DNA of 64,000 bases from Octopus sinensis (lineage: Eukaryota): assembly GCF_006345805.1 (NCBI RefSeq), contig NC_043009.1, forward strand, positions 5,146,001-5,210,000, given 5' to 3'. This document shows positions 41,651-55,049 of this stretch, one piece after another (position 1 is the first letter of the stretch; each line of letters starts with the position of its first letter). The notes beneath the pieces were generated by a model. The model did no database searches. It was not told the DNA's origin and saw only the letters and a list, made by a program, of their open reading frames with translations. A program made the position numbers and the translations under genes.

Positions 41651-42226
41651 ACCTTTAAGGTATAAAGGAGACTAACAGAATGGAACTGCCAATGCAAAAT
41701 AGATTTATCCAAATATTTATAGTTAGTTGCTATTTTGAGACGTAAATATATACAACAAACCAAAACCCAAACTTGAAACTTCCTGAATGTAATACTAAAC
41801 TGATGTTAGAAATAGCTCAGGTAGCTGGAATTAGATAAAATAATTAAGGTAAATATGGTTAGAAAGGAATAAAAATCTAGGAAAGATGGATGATATAGCA
41901 TCAATGGCGAGGCATACTTAAAAGTTTTACAGTTTTTTTTCTGTTAGAGTAGTGTTACTCAAGTGTGCGGATGAAGGTACTACCTTGATTTTGGTATTAT
42001 GTAGGAATGATATGCAGTTAAAAAAATGCATACAATTTATTATTTCGTCCTCTCTTTCGTTGGTAATATTCAATTCACACTTAATTATTTCATAGTCTTC
42101 TGATATGAATACGTTATCTTTATACAACCATGAGCTGAACACGATGGACCATACAGTTTTCTATTTGTGGGTAAACATCCAAAGGAAAGCAGTTCAAGTT
42201 ACCTTTATTTTCATGTACACACACAT

Positions 42227-42261
<35 letters not shown>

Positions 42262-42999
42262 CACACACACATTCATATATATATACACAGACCGATATAT
42301 ATATATACACACACTTTTACGCTTTTACTTCTTTCAGTCATTTGACGACGACCATGCTGGAACACCGCCTTTACCCTGAAGCATCATATATAAATATGTA
42401 TGTATGTGTGGATGTATGCATGTATGTATGTGTGGATGTATGCATGTATGTATGTATGTATGTGTGTGTATACGTGTGGCTATCACAGAGTACGTATGTT
42501 CAATTTCTATACTGGAACATTTACACCAATGGTTGCAAGGCGAACATAAACACAATCTCGAGCAACGTTAAAATGAGAAGAATCTATATATTTACAATGT
42601 GTAAATGAATTTGTAAAAAGTGAGGGTCGAACATATTTTTAAACTATAAGATTTATTCATATTTAAAAAAGAAAATGATGACACATGTAAATATTATGGA
42701 ATAAACTTTTTAACCCACCATTATACACATTATTACAGCGAGCAAAATGGTGTTTGTCGCTGACGTTTTAGATATTTTATGTTTTATTACTAGTTCTGTC
42801 GAGAAAATGAAGTTGACTGCCCGTCTGTCTGAAATACATACTGAAATAATTACAGAATCCATCTGATTCGTTTCTTTTTAATCTATAAGTTGACAAGCAT
42901 CAGCATTAGTTAGTACTGTTTAACTGATGTTTTGCCTATTTTATACATATACACAAGTACTTATGGATACATACATACATACATACATACATACATACA

Positions 43000-43081
<82 letters not shown>

Positions 43082-43103
43082 ATAATATAAATGTATATAC
43101 GAA

Positions 43104-43162
<59 letters not shown>

Positions 43163-43482
43163 GCTGAACTGTTGAAGTGGACGGACGTCTATTTGTTTCT
43201 CTCCCAAGTCAGTAGCAAGCTACACAGCTTCAAAACTCAACTGACCTTAAATATATATATATTTGTAACCACGTATGCCTACAAACCCGTAAGTACGTTT
43301 TCATTTAACTACAAATTGTTATATACACCTGTTTTTCTTTTAATATCCTCAAACAACCAAATAATCAAAAACTCACACCCTTAAGAGAGAACATTTATAT
43401 ATATATACACTTCTTTAACTCCCAAGAAAGAATATATATATTTTCAAAAATCAAAAGGAAAACAAACAAAAGAAAAACAAAC

Positions 43483-44712
43483 ATGACTAACTTGCAGGCC
43501 TGCAACAGACGAAATTGGTCTGATAACGAAATTGATGTTTTAATAAACACATGGTTCTCTCTTTCCCAAACAGAAAATCTAAATGTTTTGTGTTTGAATG
43601 AGATTGCCGAAAAAACATCACAAGTGGTCAACACACGATCCGTCAAACAGATTCGTAGCAAACTGAAACATATCGAAGTATCTTTCAAACTGACAAAAGG
43701 CCATTATGAAAAGCTTCTCCATATTTTCACAGTTCAAGAACAGCAACAGCTAGAAAATCAGCAGCCACAACAACAACAACAACAGAATGAGCCACTCCTG
43801 GTTTCCAGCACAATGGCTGACCCTAACATCGGTCAAGCACAACAACAACAACAACAGCCACAGCAACAAGAACAACAACAGCCACTCCTCAACTCTAGCT
43901 TACTAGATGATTCATTAAATGCCAGTATCTTTTCACCGCTCTCACGGCAACCACCACAATTATCATCATCATCATCACCACCGCTGCCAACATCGTCTTC
44001 TATCACCAAAAATACCAACAGAAAACCAAATAAGAAACCACTGCCCTCTTCCCCCACATCACCACCTCAATACTACTGCAGTAACAAAAACTTAAAGAAA
44101 CATAGGAAGCAGAATGCGCCCCCCACGGCACAAACAAGAAATCCCCAAATATGCCGCTATTCACTGCGCCAGAGACTCTGCACAAATAGTGACTGCATCT
44201 TCACGCATCTACCCGGCACTAGACGCACTACCGGCCAAGGCCAAAGCACGCATCCCACAATAACATCAACACCACCAAATAGTAAATCGAAATTCAAAAC
44301 ACACACAACTCGGAGTCCCAAAATCTGCCGGTATTCCCAACGTGAGAGAACATGGTCTGCTGAGTGACTGTCCCTTCACTCATCTTCCAGGGACCCGACG
44401 CACAAACAGAAACGGGGCTTCAAGCCAACACACAAACCCGAATAAAAATAAAAATAGAAACACACCATGCTGCAGTAATGCTGGTCCAGTCTTTTCAGGA
44501 AGACACAAAAACAACAACAACAAAAGTGGAGATACAACCCTATCCAACAGTGCAACCACACCTCCAGCCAAAAACTGCTCCCTAAGCAGGAAAATTCTTT
44601 TTTAGCCATGTTGAACATGGCAAAAGAGATACACAAAAACATTCTAGCCATCACTCAACACCATCCTATGCTATTACCCCAGTGCACCAATTCCCCACAT
44701 TGCTGCCACTAA
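43483..44712 (+). pseudogene. LINE ORF1 (Myb/SANT-like, polyQ, two CCCH fingers), frameshifted near 44354 and ~44580
   Basis: 294-aa open part; CRYSLRQRLCTNSDCIFTH repeat; second finger restored by removing one base; ends ..FLAMLNMAKEI.. Confidence 0.8.
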
Positions 44713-47698
44713 CACACACAAAAAATCCAAGCCCCCTGCAACAGTCAAAACCAGCCACTACACTAACCTCCACATTCCTACTCAATGCACAAGGTGTCAG
44801 CCCTTCCATCAATGCACAAAAATGGAAGGTCCAATTCATTGAAGACTGGGTTGGTAACCATTCACACCACATCCCTTTCTTCATTCTCACTGAGACCCAC
44901 CTTGACAACTCCCACTTGGAAGCCGAAGTGAGAGTGAAGAATTTCACAACCATCCGCGCGGATCGTATCGGCAGGAGGAAGGTGGAACTGCCATTTTCCT
45001 GCATGATTCGTTTACGGCAGATGGAAATAGTATATTCTCCAACGGCTACTGTGAATCAGTCACCGTGCACAACAAAGCCAATGACCTGACAGTAATTGGG
45101 CTCTATAGGCCGCCCCAAACACCCATACTGTGCTTTAAAGAATGCCTCAACAGCATTAGTGCTTTATTCAACAGTGCCATTCTAGCAACATACTCATGAT
45201 GGGAGACTTCAATCTACCCTGTGTTGACTGGACTACAAACTGTTTGAAACCAAGCACTCCCGCCTCAATCGCTGACAAAGAAGCAGCAGAGTCACTTTTC
45301 GACTTTACGAATGAGTTTTTCTTGTCCCAACTGGTCCTTGCACCAACAAGACATCAGAACATTTTGGACCTAGTGTTTAGTAACCACACTAACACTATAC
45401 ATAACGTTACAGTGGAAAAAACCCTTCTTTCAGACCATGACATGGTTCTCTGTAACATGAAATTCCACCAGCCGAAAGCTAATCCTAGTGACCTTCCTCC
45501 AGCCCACCCATTTGACAACATGGATCTCCATAATGCCAACTGGGATGCAATCAGGAACGAGCTATCACATGTTGACTGGTCCTTTACACATACACACATC
45601 TCCACCAACCATAAAACATCTTGGCAGATCTTTGTAGACACCGTCACAGACATATGTGCAAAACACTCCCCACCAAGACCTGTGAACAAAAAGTGCAGAA
45701 TCCCCCAAAACAGAAAAACCATTATCAGAAAAATAAAAAGAACAAACTAAAGTACTGCCAACAGCAACACACACATTCGACGGCTATCGCACTGCTTGAA
45801 TCCAAAAAATATAACATCCAACAATGCATGAAGACCCTCATCAATAACCAAAGATCAGCTGAGGAGAAGTGGGCCATTGAAAAAATCAAACTCAACCCCA
45901 AAGTGTTCTTTTCATTTGCGAGGAAACGGAGGGTCACTGTCTCCACTGTAGGCCCTCTAATTGACGAAACTGGCACTCTCCAAGATAATGCCAAATCCAT
46001 GGCCGAGATACTGCAGAAACAATACTGCTCTGTTTTCAGCAATCCTGATATGGCCGATCTGGGCTGTATCAGTGATGTCAACCCCCAACACACTATATCG
46101 GACATAACGTTTAGTGCCCCTGATGTCTTAGCGGCGATAAACGAAATAAAACACAATTCAGCAGTAGGCCCCGATAGGTTCCCTGCTTGTGTCCTGAAGG
46201 TGTGTCGACACCAACTTGCACCTCCCCTTGCTAATCTGTGGAGAAACTCACTGGATGCTGGCTATATTCCAAAAAACCTTCTGTCCCAGTCTGTTGTCCC
46301 AGTTTTCAAAAAGGGTAACAAGTCCCTTGCAGTGAACTACCGTCCGATCTCACTCACCTCTCATATCATCAAGGTATTTGAGAGGGTGGTGAGATCTCGA
46401 ATAACCCAATTTCTGGAAAGCAACAGACGGCTGATCTCCAACCAACATGGGTTCCGTAATGGAAGGGACTGCCTAACGCAGCTCCTGCATCACTTTGATG
46501 ACATTTTGAGAGCTTTGGGAGAGGGCTCCAACACCGATGTCATCTACCTTGATTTCAGTAAGGCCTTCGACAGGGTCGATCACAAGATCCTATTCAAAAA
46601 ACTATCCAACATTGGTGTCTCTGGAAAGTTACTGAAATGGATCAAGTGTTCCTGACAGACAGATCTCAACATGTTGTAGTTGAAGGGGTAAAATCAAGCC
46701 CAGCCAAAGTCAGTAGTGGCGTTCCGCAAGGCACTGTGATGGGCCCACTTCTTTTCATCATTTACATTAATGACATTAATGACATCATCAAGCACAGCAA
46801 CATAAACATTTTTGCAGATGATTCCAAACTACAGAAGGTCATAAATGAGGCGAGTGACCGGACATGCCTTCAGTCAGATCTACTGGCTGTTATCCAATGG
46901 GCAGAAAAAAACAATATGCTGCTGAACGAGGATAAATTTGAGTTAATCCACTTTGGAAAAGAGGATGCCCTGAAACTCCCATACTCCCTTCCTTCAGGTG
47001 AAACTCTCGCGGCGTCCAACAACATCAGAGACTTGGGAGTAATTGTGGACAACAACATAAGCTGGGCCACTCATATAAACACCAAAGTTGACATGGCCCG
47101 CAGAATGTGTTCCTGGATTCTCAGAACTTTCCAGTCGAGAGATATCCACACCATTATCCTTTTCTTCTCCACTTTTGCCCGACCCCACCTTGAATACTGT
47201 TGTCCACGGTGGTCTCCCCACACAATACAAGGTATCATAAAAGTTGAAGCACCTCAAAGGACAATCACAAAAAAGATAGATGGCATGACAGGCCTCGACT
47301 ATTGGGGTCGACTAGAAAAGCTAAAACTTTATTCTCTCCAACGTCGTCGTGAGCGCTACATCATTTGCATGATGTGGAAAATATTCCATCAGCATTGCCC
47401 AAATGATGTTGGCATCACCTTTAGGGTACATCCAAGGCTTGGGCCCCGTGCCATCCGCCCAAAACAAAAATCGCACTCTCATCTCATAACAACAATACGG
47501 CACAATTATTTCACCTCAATTGGCCCCGCTCTCTTTAACATTACACCAAAACACATTAAAACAGAAACTGACCCTATAGGGTTCAAGAAGTCTTTGGACA
47601 GATTCCTTCAAGAAATCCCGGATAAACCCCCTACACCCGGATATGTCTCTGTAAACAATAACTCTCTACTTGAGTGGGCCATAGTGCCCAAATTCTGA
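44682..47698 (+). pseudogene. LINE ORF2: AP endonuclease plus reverse transcriptase, frameshifts near 44980, 45740 and 46648
   Basis: LTETHL, YRPP, MGDFNLPCVDW, NYRPISLTS, QHGFR, YLDFSKAFDRVDH, SGVPQGTVMGPLLF, FADDSKL, RPHLEYC, LYSLQRRRERY. Confidence 0.97.
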
Positions 47699-47803
47699 CT
47701 TGAAAGACTTCACCAGGTGGTGCTATTGGGTTAGACATGGCCTGGGCCAATAATGGCCGAAACCTATCAAAGTATTAAAGTATAAGTAAGTATACATATA
47801 TAT

Positions 47804-47866
<63 letters not shown>

Positions 47867-47958
47867 CATATACATATATATATATAAAACCGAATATATA
47901 CATAATAGAAATATTAAAATAACTAAGTCTCTCTAAAAGAGAACAGCGGCAGCGTTCC

Positions 47959-48349
47959 CGGAAAATAATAGTTATCGCCATACTAATATGGCATTCTTAT
48001 AAAAATAAGAAAAAAGCTGTCCGCTTATTAGCTCCATGAGGCATCGCCTTAAGTTAGCTATTTGATACACAAACTGTATCCATATAACCATCGAACAGAG
48101 ATTGTCGGAAGCGACACCTACTGGCTGGCTACGCTACATTGAAAAGGGGCAATACCCCGAAACGCGTCTGTAGCTGCCGGTCAAGTAGTGTGGAGCGACT
48201 GACCTCCCTTGTTCGAAGGTTATATGGATACAGTTTGTGTATCAAATAGCTAACTTAAGGCGATGGCCTCATGGAGCTAATAAGCGGACAGCTTTTTTCT
48301 TATTTTTATAAGAATGCCATATTAGTATGGCGATAACTATTATTTTCCG
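47959..48349. mobile_element. Near-perfect inverted repeat (131/132-bp arms, 128-nt spacer); probable PLE pLTR with inverted copy
   Basis: 47959-48089 equals the reverse complement of 48218-48349 except for one 1-nt indel; the spacer holds a hammerhead. Confidence 0.85.
48133..48174 (+). ncRNA. Type I minimal hammerhead ribozyme, U3:A8 variant
   Basis: GCTACA-TTGAAAA-GGGG-CAATA-CCCC-GAAA-CGCG-TC-TGTAGC: 6-bp stem I, 4-bp stem II, palindromic ACGCGT stem III, GUC cleavage triplet. Confidence 0.85.
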
Positions 48350-50884
48350 AATATATACATGTATACATATATATACACCATTTAGTATCATTCATATTAA
48401 TGCATATGTATATTTGAGCGCGTGTGCCTATGTGTTTGTTCATATGTTATTGTGGATATACACATACACAGAAGTATATATGTATATATTTATTAATATT
48501 ATTATATACAATATATATATATATTTATAAATACTTAAATTATATATATATCTGTTTGTGCGTGTGTGTGTGTCTGTATATCTATAGATATATGCTATTG
48601 TTATACATACATAAATATATATTATGCATACACGTTGAATCCGTGGATATCATTTTACGTCCGCACGACTCATTCATGAAACAGGCATGAACAAAAATCT
48701 CTGTTTGTGTAGAATGGAAATGTATAAAGAATGAGGATGTTGGAGAGTGATATACGTTAAATCGAATGAGTACAGCATCACTTTGAATAAAAAGATTTAA
48801 GAAAACAAAAACATACGGTAGCACAAAAAACTGATAGAGTTACAAGATTATGAGAAGAGGAATGTTATATAAAATATTCCAGAACTTAAATAAATCTGAC
48901 TTTATTGTGCAATTGTACATTGTGTATATCTTCGGTCTTCTGTCCTTAGTATCTTTCGATACGTTGGTTCTTGGCCAAATCCAGAAATTCGTGTACTTTT
49001 ATACGAAAATGTATCCTTTACGGAAATATATTGTATTGATTTATGGATTTCTTAGCTATACTTTCTAATCCGTCTTAAATAATGATCCAATGTTTTTAAT
49101 ATTCTCAATATTTCATAATATGACAGATGTAAACAAACTGAGATAGCTTCAACCTTTATGTTGATCCGGCTTAGATGTGAGATTCCCATCAATATTTTAC
49201 CTTCAAACTACTCACTTCTGAATATGCAAAATCCTATTTTATTTTCCCCTTTAATGAGAAACACGTATAAAGGATTTGTCAGCACCAATAAATAATTTAA
49301 TTTTAATTTAATAGGGTTTTCATGGTGTAAACCCATTTCAATGATATGCAGGACACTTAAGTACTTTTGAAGTTAACGTACATCATACGTTTTGAATATC
49401 ATAAATGTTTACTTGTTTCAGTTAATGGGCTAAAGTTTGGCTGCTGTACTTCTTTACAGGCTTTGTCGAACAAATCATCTCCAGTATTTATTTAAACTAT
49501 AATATTTATTTCACTGAAGTTATTCTCGAAGCAATAAGTTATGAGGACACAAGCAAACCAACATTGATTGGTGAGAGGTGGCGTGCATACGAACACAAAC
49601 AAAACAATACACACCAACACACACGCACACCACATATTAATAAGTATATGCACACGATGCGCTTTTAATCAGTTCCATCTAACACATGCACTGAAAAGTC
49701 ATTGGTCGTTTCAGGAACACAGTACGAAGCACTTGACCAGTATGCCGCATCGTGAGAAAACCCGAAACCATGTGTCTGCAAAGAAAAATTATGAAGCGTA
49801 CCACAAGAATATAACTTCACTTATTATACAAAATATATTCAAAATATAACTCCTTATAGACACAAGCACGAATATTTATTTTATATTAATCATTCCAGAG
49901 ATGAGGCAGAAGACCACACTGAAGATAATGTTCAATAATTAACTATACAACATACATTATAGAATGAAGGAGGACAAAACATTTTTAAAGGAAAAATCAG
50001 AGACAGAAAGAGTTATATGAGTTACTGGAATTTCACGCATTACTGGTGTTGAGTAAGACATTGATATGGTATCATGTCCACTAAAAAATTAAATCAGTGT
50101 AATGACCTGCGCCTAATTTGATAATTCAGTCCATTGGAACTGTATGTAAATACCTGTGGCGTTGCGATGAAGCTTGATCTTTAAGGCATCTGTTATGATT
50201 GTGGGATTCAATAATCTACCCATTGTTAGATGAACTTTCCAAAACTGGAAATATTTGACCACTTATTTTATGTTAAATATTATAATTAGGAATTAGATTT
50301 TATATTTACGTTAAATTCCTTCAAAGTTATACAGACGCTGTAAAAAGAAGCGGTTGCTTTGGTCCCTACCCTTTTAAACATGATGTTTTATTTAAACTGT
50401 AATTTACAACATCCCTACAAACTAGTGGTCCACTCTGTTACTACTTTTAAGTTATAAACCAATGAGTCACGTTTGTATAAACACGTTGGTGCTGCTCTGT
50501 TTCCGAAACCAATATATTTAACACTCAACCACCCATATTTACTTTCTGTAAATAAAATTTGCTTCAAAGTGCTATGAAACCCGAACTGAGATCATCTGAA
50601 GCAGTGGATAACTGACAAGCGTTTCAGTGGTTTGTGGTTCGCAGTTAAAAGAAAAACTTGCGTGAAAATATTCACGTGGGAGTCTCTATTTCAAAGATTC
50701 AACACATCTATAACCACAACTAATCATTGATTCGTTGGAATTCTGACACATGAAATGCTATACTTCTTATATCTTTTCCTTCGGTCTCTTTCTTTTGTGT
50801 CTGATCGTATACACATAAACACACAGAGACATAAATATTCATACATATACATATGTATGCAGCAAAAAATAGATGATGTACGTG

Positions 50885-51117
<233 letters not shown>

Positions 51118-51400
51118 ATGCGCCCTTTTCAAGCCTATCCAGGCTCATGTGCCTAGTTCCCGGTTTCTATGGCGTATGTGTTCCCCCCAGCTGGACGGGA
51201 CCCAAGAAACAGGAAGAAAGAGTGAGAGAAAGTTGGGGCGAAAGAGTACAACAGGTGTCGCCACCACCCATGCCGGAGCCTCGTGGAGCTTTAGGTGTTT
51301 TCGCTCAATAAACACACACACCGCCCGGTCTGAGAATCGAAACCGCGATTCTCCGACCGCGGGTCCGCTGCCTTAACCACCGGGCCATTGCGCCTCCACT
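51118..51400 (-). mobile_element. SINE family B, tail type iii
   Basis: Family B head and core plus tail ..CATAGAAACCGGGAACTAGGCACATGAGCCTGGATAGGCTTGAAAAGGGCGCAT. Confidence 0.85.
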
Positions 51401-52047
51401 ATCTATATATCTAGAGCAGTTATTCACCATTTCGTACTCACTGTCAGTAGCTTCAAATCTAGCAAAAGTGGTACCTTATACGATAGACTTTGCGGTCAAC
51501 CTGCTAGAAATAGTGGTTAAATTACCACTCTCAGTTCTCATCTAACCGAGTGAATATAAACACAAGTAAGCACAAGTTGGATGAGATGCTCTGATTTCGT
51601 TATCGAGCTAAAAGTGAGGATAGCATGGCTACAATGTCCATTTATAGGACTGCTCGATTAAGAATTGACCAAAAGCTACTAAAATGTGACAATAATTACA
51701 TTAAATTATAATAACGTGCCTGCATATGTTCTTTGTTATTCGACCAGAAACAATATACAATGTTCCGCATCCATGACTTTTCTGTAATGGTGACCTTTCA
51801 TTTGACATTTTGGCATATTCTTTATCCTTGTATTTTATCGTGTAATTTTATTGAGGAATAAATTTGGCATCTATCATTATATATAAATCGAAATAACTGT
51901 TTGTGATATTTCTTATAGAACGAAACTGGTCATTGATCATGTGACCAGTTCGAACTAAATGTATCTTGACACATTTTTTTAGACAGTTTTGTGTCAGATA
52001 TAAGAGAAAACGTATACGTTTCCTCTCTTAAAACTGAGAGTGAAAGA

Positions 52048-52087
<40 letters not shown>

Positions 52088-52810
52088 ATGAGTAAGAGAG
52101 AGAGAGGTGGCGGAGAAACAAAGTATGCCTTCAGCATCAATTTATGGATATATTTATTGTAGTTTATCATTGGTGATCAGGCTGTAAACTTCAGAGGAAC
52201 AAGAGGCCAAACCAATAAATTGTTCTAAACTTTGATTTTTAATATCAAGACAAAATCGGGGAAAACCTGAGAAGGAGAAAAAAATAAAATATATTTTAGA
52301 ATATTTCGATTGAGTTATTACTCGAATATTCATTCTCTGATCTATACATACATTTGAATAAAGGATCAAATGTTAACATAACGAAATAAAAATAAAAGAA
52401 TGGTAAGCATTTGAAATATGGGAATACATTTGTTTAATCAACTGTTAATGTTTGAAAGCTGATATATTTGGTCGGATTGACCTTTTGCAGTTCAGAACCT
52501 TTCGCACCGATCCATTAATAAATAAATCGTTAGCCTATAACGAAGTCATGACAAGTTAAGAATGAACTGGCGATAACTGAAACCAGATACACGTGAAAAT
52601 ATTACGTCTGATATTCACGTATAGAGACGCACAGACAAAGAAATCAAATATAAATGCACAAACACAAATACGCAACACAGTCACAGAAGCATACATTAAT
52701 ATATATATATATACATACATACACACACACACACACATATATATATAATATATATATATATATAATATATATATATACATACATACAAACACACACATAT
52801 ATATATACAT

Positions 52811-52843
<33 letters not shown>

Positions 52844-52854
52844 CATGCATACAT

Positions 52855-52885
<31 letters not shown>

Positions 52886-52924
52886 CATACACACACATAC
52901 ACACATATATATACATATATACAT

Positions 52925-52957
<33 letters not shown>

Positions 52958-53110
52958 CATACATACATACAAACACACACACATACATATATACATATGT
53001 GTGTACGTATGTCTATGGAAATATATAAATATAATCGTACGTTTGTATATGTATACGCATAAGGGTAGTGCTCCAGCATGACTGAAACAAGTAGAATCAA
53101 AGAACATCTT

Positions 53111-53152
<42 letters not shown>

Positions 53153-53828
53153 CATATGTGTATTCATACATATATACATTTGTATGCAAACGCACACGCA
53201 CGCACGCGTGTGCGCAGTAATGTCTACGTGGGTGTATCTGCGTGTGTGTGCCTCTAAGTGTCTGATATGAGAATAAAATTCAGAACCAGACTTTGCGATA
53301 TTTTCATGTCCTTTTTTTCCCCTTTATTTTCCAATTCCTATTTTGCGAATCGTAGGTAAGATAAGATTGTATCTTTTGTACAAGAATGATGAATTAATAA
53401 TTGCCCATACTTTTATTCATGTAATTCCCCGTGGACAATTCATTGTCATTTTTTTTTTTTGCTGTGCTTCTGTGATTCTTGAAACCTTTCACCACCGCCA
53501 CAGTTGCATAACAACCTGGTTTCTATTGGAGCAGCAAACATAAATAAGTAACATGTCAGCAACGTCAACAGATTCCTCTTGCAAATGAATCTATCGTTGC
53601 ATGCAACATGGAGTTGGTTTTGCTAAAAATAAGTCACTGATATCACTATTTCAGATTTTCTTGGGGTTGCTTATAAGTTTAGAACATGCTCATCAGCGAG
53701 GCCTATGCCATTCATTCGCAATGCAACTACAAAATCAGACAGATACACAAGTAGTCACGTGCAAAAATACAGAAATACAAGTGCATGCGCACATACACAC
53801 AAACACAAACACATACATATATATATGT

Positions 53829-54112
53829 GGAGTCGCAATGGCCCAGTGGTTAGGGCAGCTGATTCGCGGTCGGAGGATCGCGGTTTGTGTGTTTATTGAC
53901 CGAAAACACCTAAAGATCCACGAGTCACTTGCCATGGTATGGTAGGTGGCGACCCTTATTGTACTCTTTCACCCCAAATTTCTCTCACTCTTTCTTCTTG
54001 TCTCTTGAGTAACAGTGCGATGGAATGGTATCTCATCCAGCTGCGGGTAACGCATACGCCAAAGAAACCGGGAAACCGGGCCCATGAGCCTAGCTAGGCT
54101 TGAAAAGGGCAC
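53829..54112 (+). mobile_element. SINE family B, tail type iii, internal deletion in the head
   Basis: GGAGTCGCAATGGCCCAGTGGTTAGGGCAG..GAAACCGGGAAACCGGGCCCATGAGCC..GAAAAGGGC. Confidence 0.85.
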
Positions 54113-54219
54113 ATACACACACATACACACAAATACACACATATACATACATATTGACATTAATATTTTCTGAAACAGTAAATTTCCAAGAAGTGAGAGC
54201 CATAAATAGAGCGTTTATA

Positions 54220-54615
54220 TCTTAATATATAAAAGTGAGGTTGTGTGAGTGTCTGTCACCTACGATTTAGATTCCTAACTACTCCCACATTTTTCGGTGC
54301 AGTTTAACCAAAACCGGGTATCTTATAGTCGTGATTCATATCGAGCCCTTCTGGGTATTAGCGCGCGTCTACGATGAGTCTCCGATTAAAAAAAAAATTT
54401 ACCATCAATTTTTCCCATTTTTAATGCATTTTTGGCATATATAAGGGAAGTAACTCTCTAAAAAATTATTATTAAATCTCAGAACGTAAAAAGCTACAGT
54501 AACACACCCCTTTGTGGTTAGCCATATTGAGATGGCTATTATACTTTACATCTCTAAAAATGCTTATATAGTTATTTCCCTTACAAATCCGAGCAACGCC
54601 GGGCGATACTGCTAG
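54220..54615 (+). mobile_element. Non-autonomous Helitron (396 bp)
   Basis: A|TC 5' end (TCTTAATATATAAAA), subterminal hairpin CCGAGCAACGCCGG at 54589-54602, CTAG|T 3' end, no TSD. Confidence 0.9.
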
Positions 54616-54907
54616 TATTGCATAAAAGTGCTTTTAGATAGTAAGTATCGAAGATGGCCCCGTCGTGTTATATTCAAAATAAAACGATGGTATTTTGAAT
54701 ATTTTCTCCTTGTCTTCGACTTGTAAGGAAATGTTTACACTGTGAAATATATGTACACTTATAATACCAACGAAGTGATAGATTGTAATTGCTGTAAGAT
54801 TCTTACTATACTAAGAAAAAATCATCAAAAATTAAGTAGTTTCGTTCAAGTATGTTTATACATCAATTTAAAATAAAATAAAATCAATGTTTCTTAATGG
54901 CATTTAC

Positions 54908-54959
<52 letters not shown>

Positions 54960-54961
54960 GC

Positions 54962-55049
<88 letters not shown>

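Larger units (their letters stand above)
43163..47793 (+). mobile_element. Apparently full-length CR1/L2-group LINE
   Basis: 5'UTR-like start (GGACGGACGTCTATTTG), ORF1, ORF2 with APE and RT, short 3'UTR ending in AAGT-type repeats; 5' boundary approximate. Confidence 0.93.

Noticed and set aside
47740-47770. GGCC-AATAAT-GGCC-GAAAC in the LINE 3'UTR
   Set aside because: No CUGANGA half-core; more likely the LINE 3' recognition stem-loop
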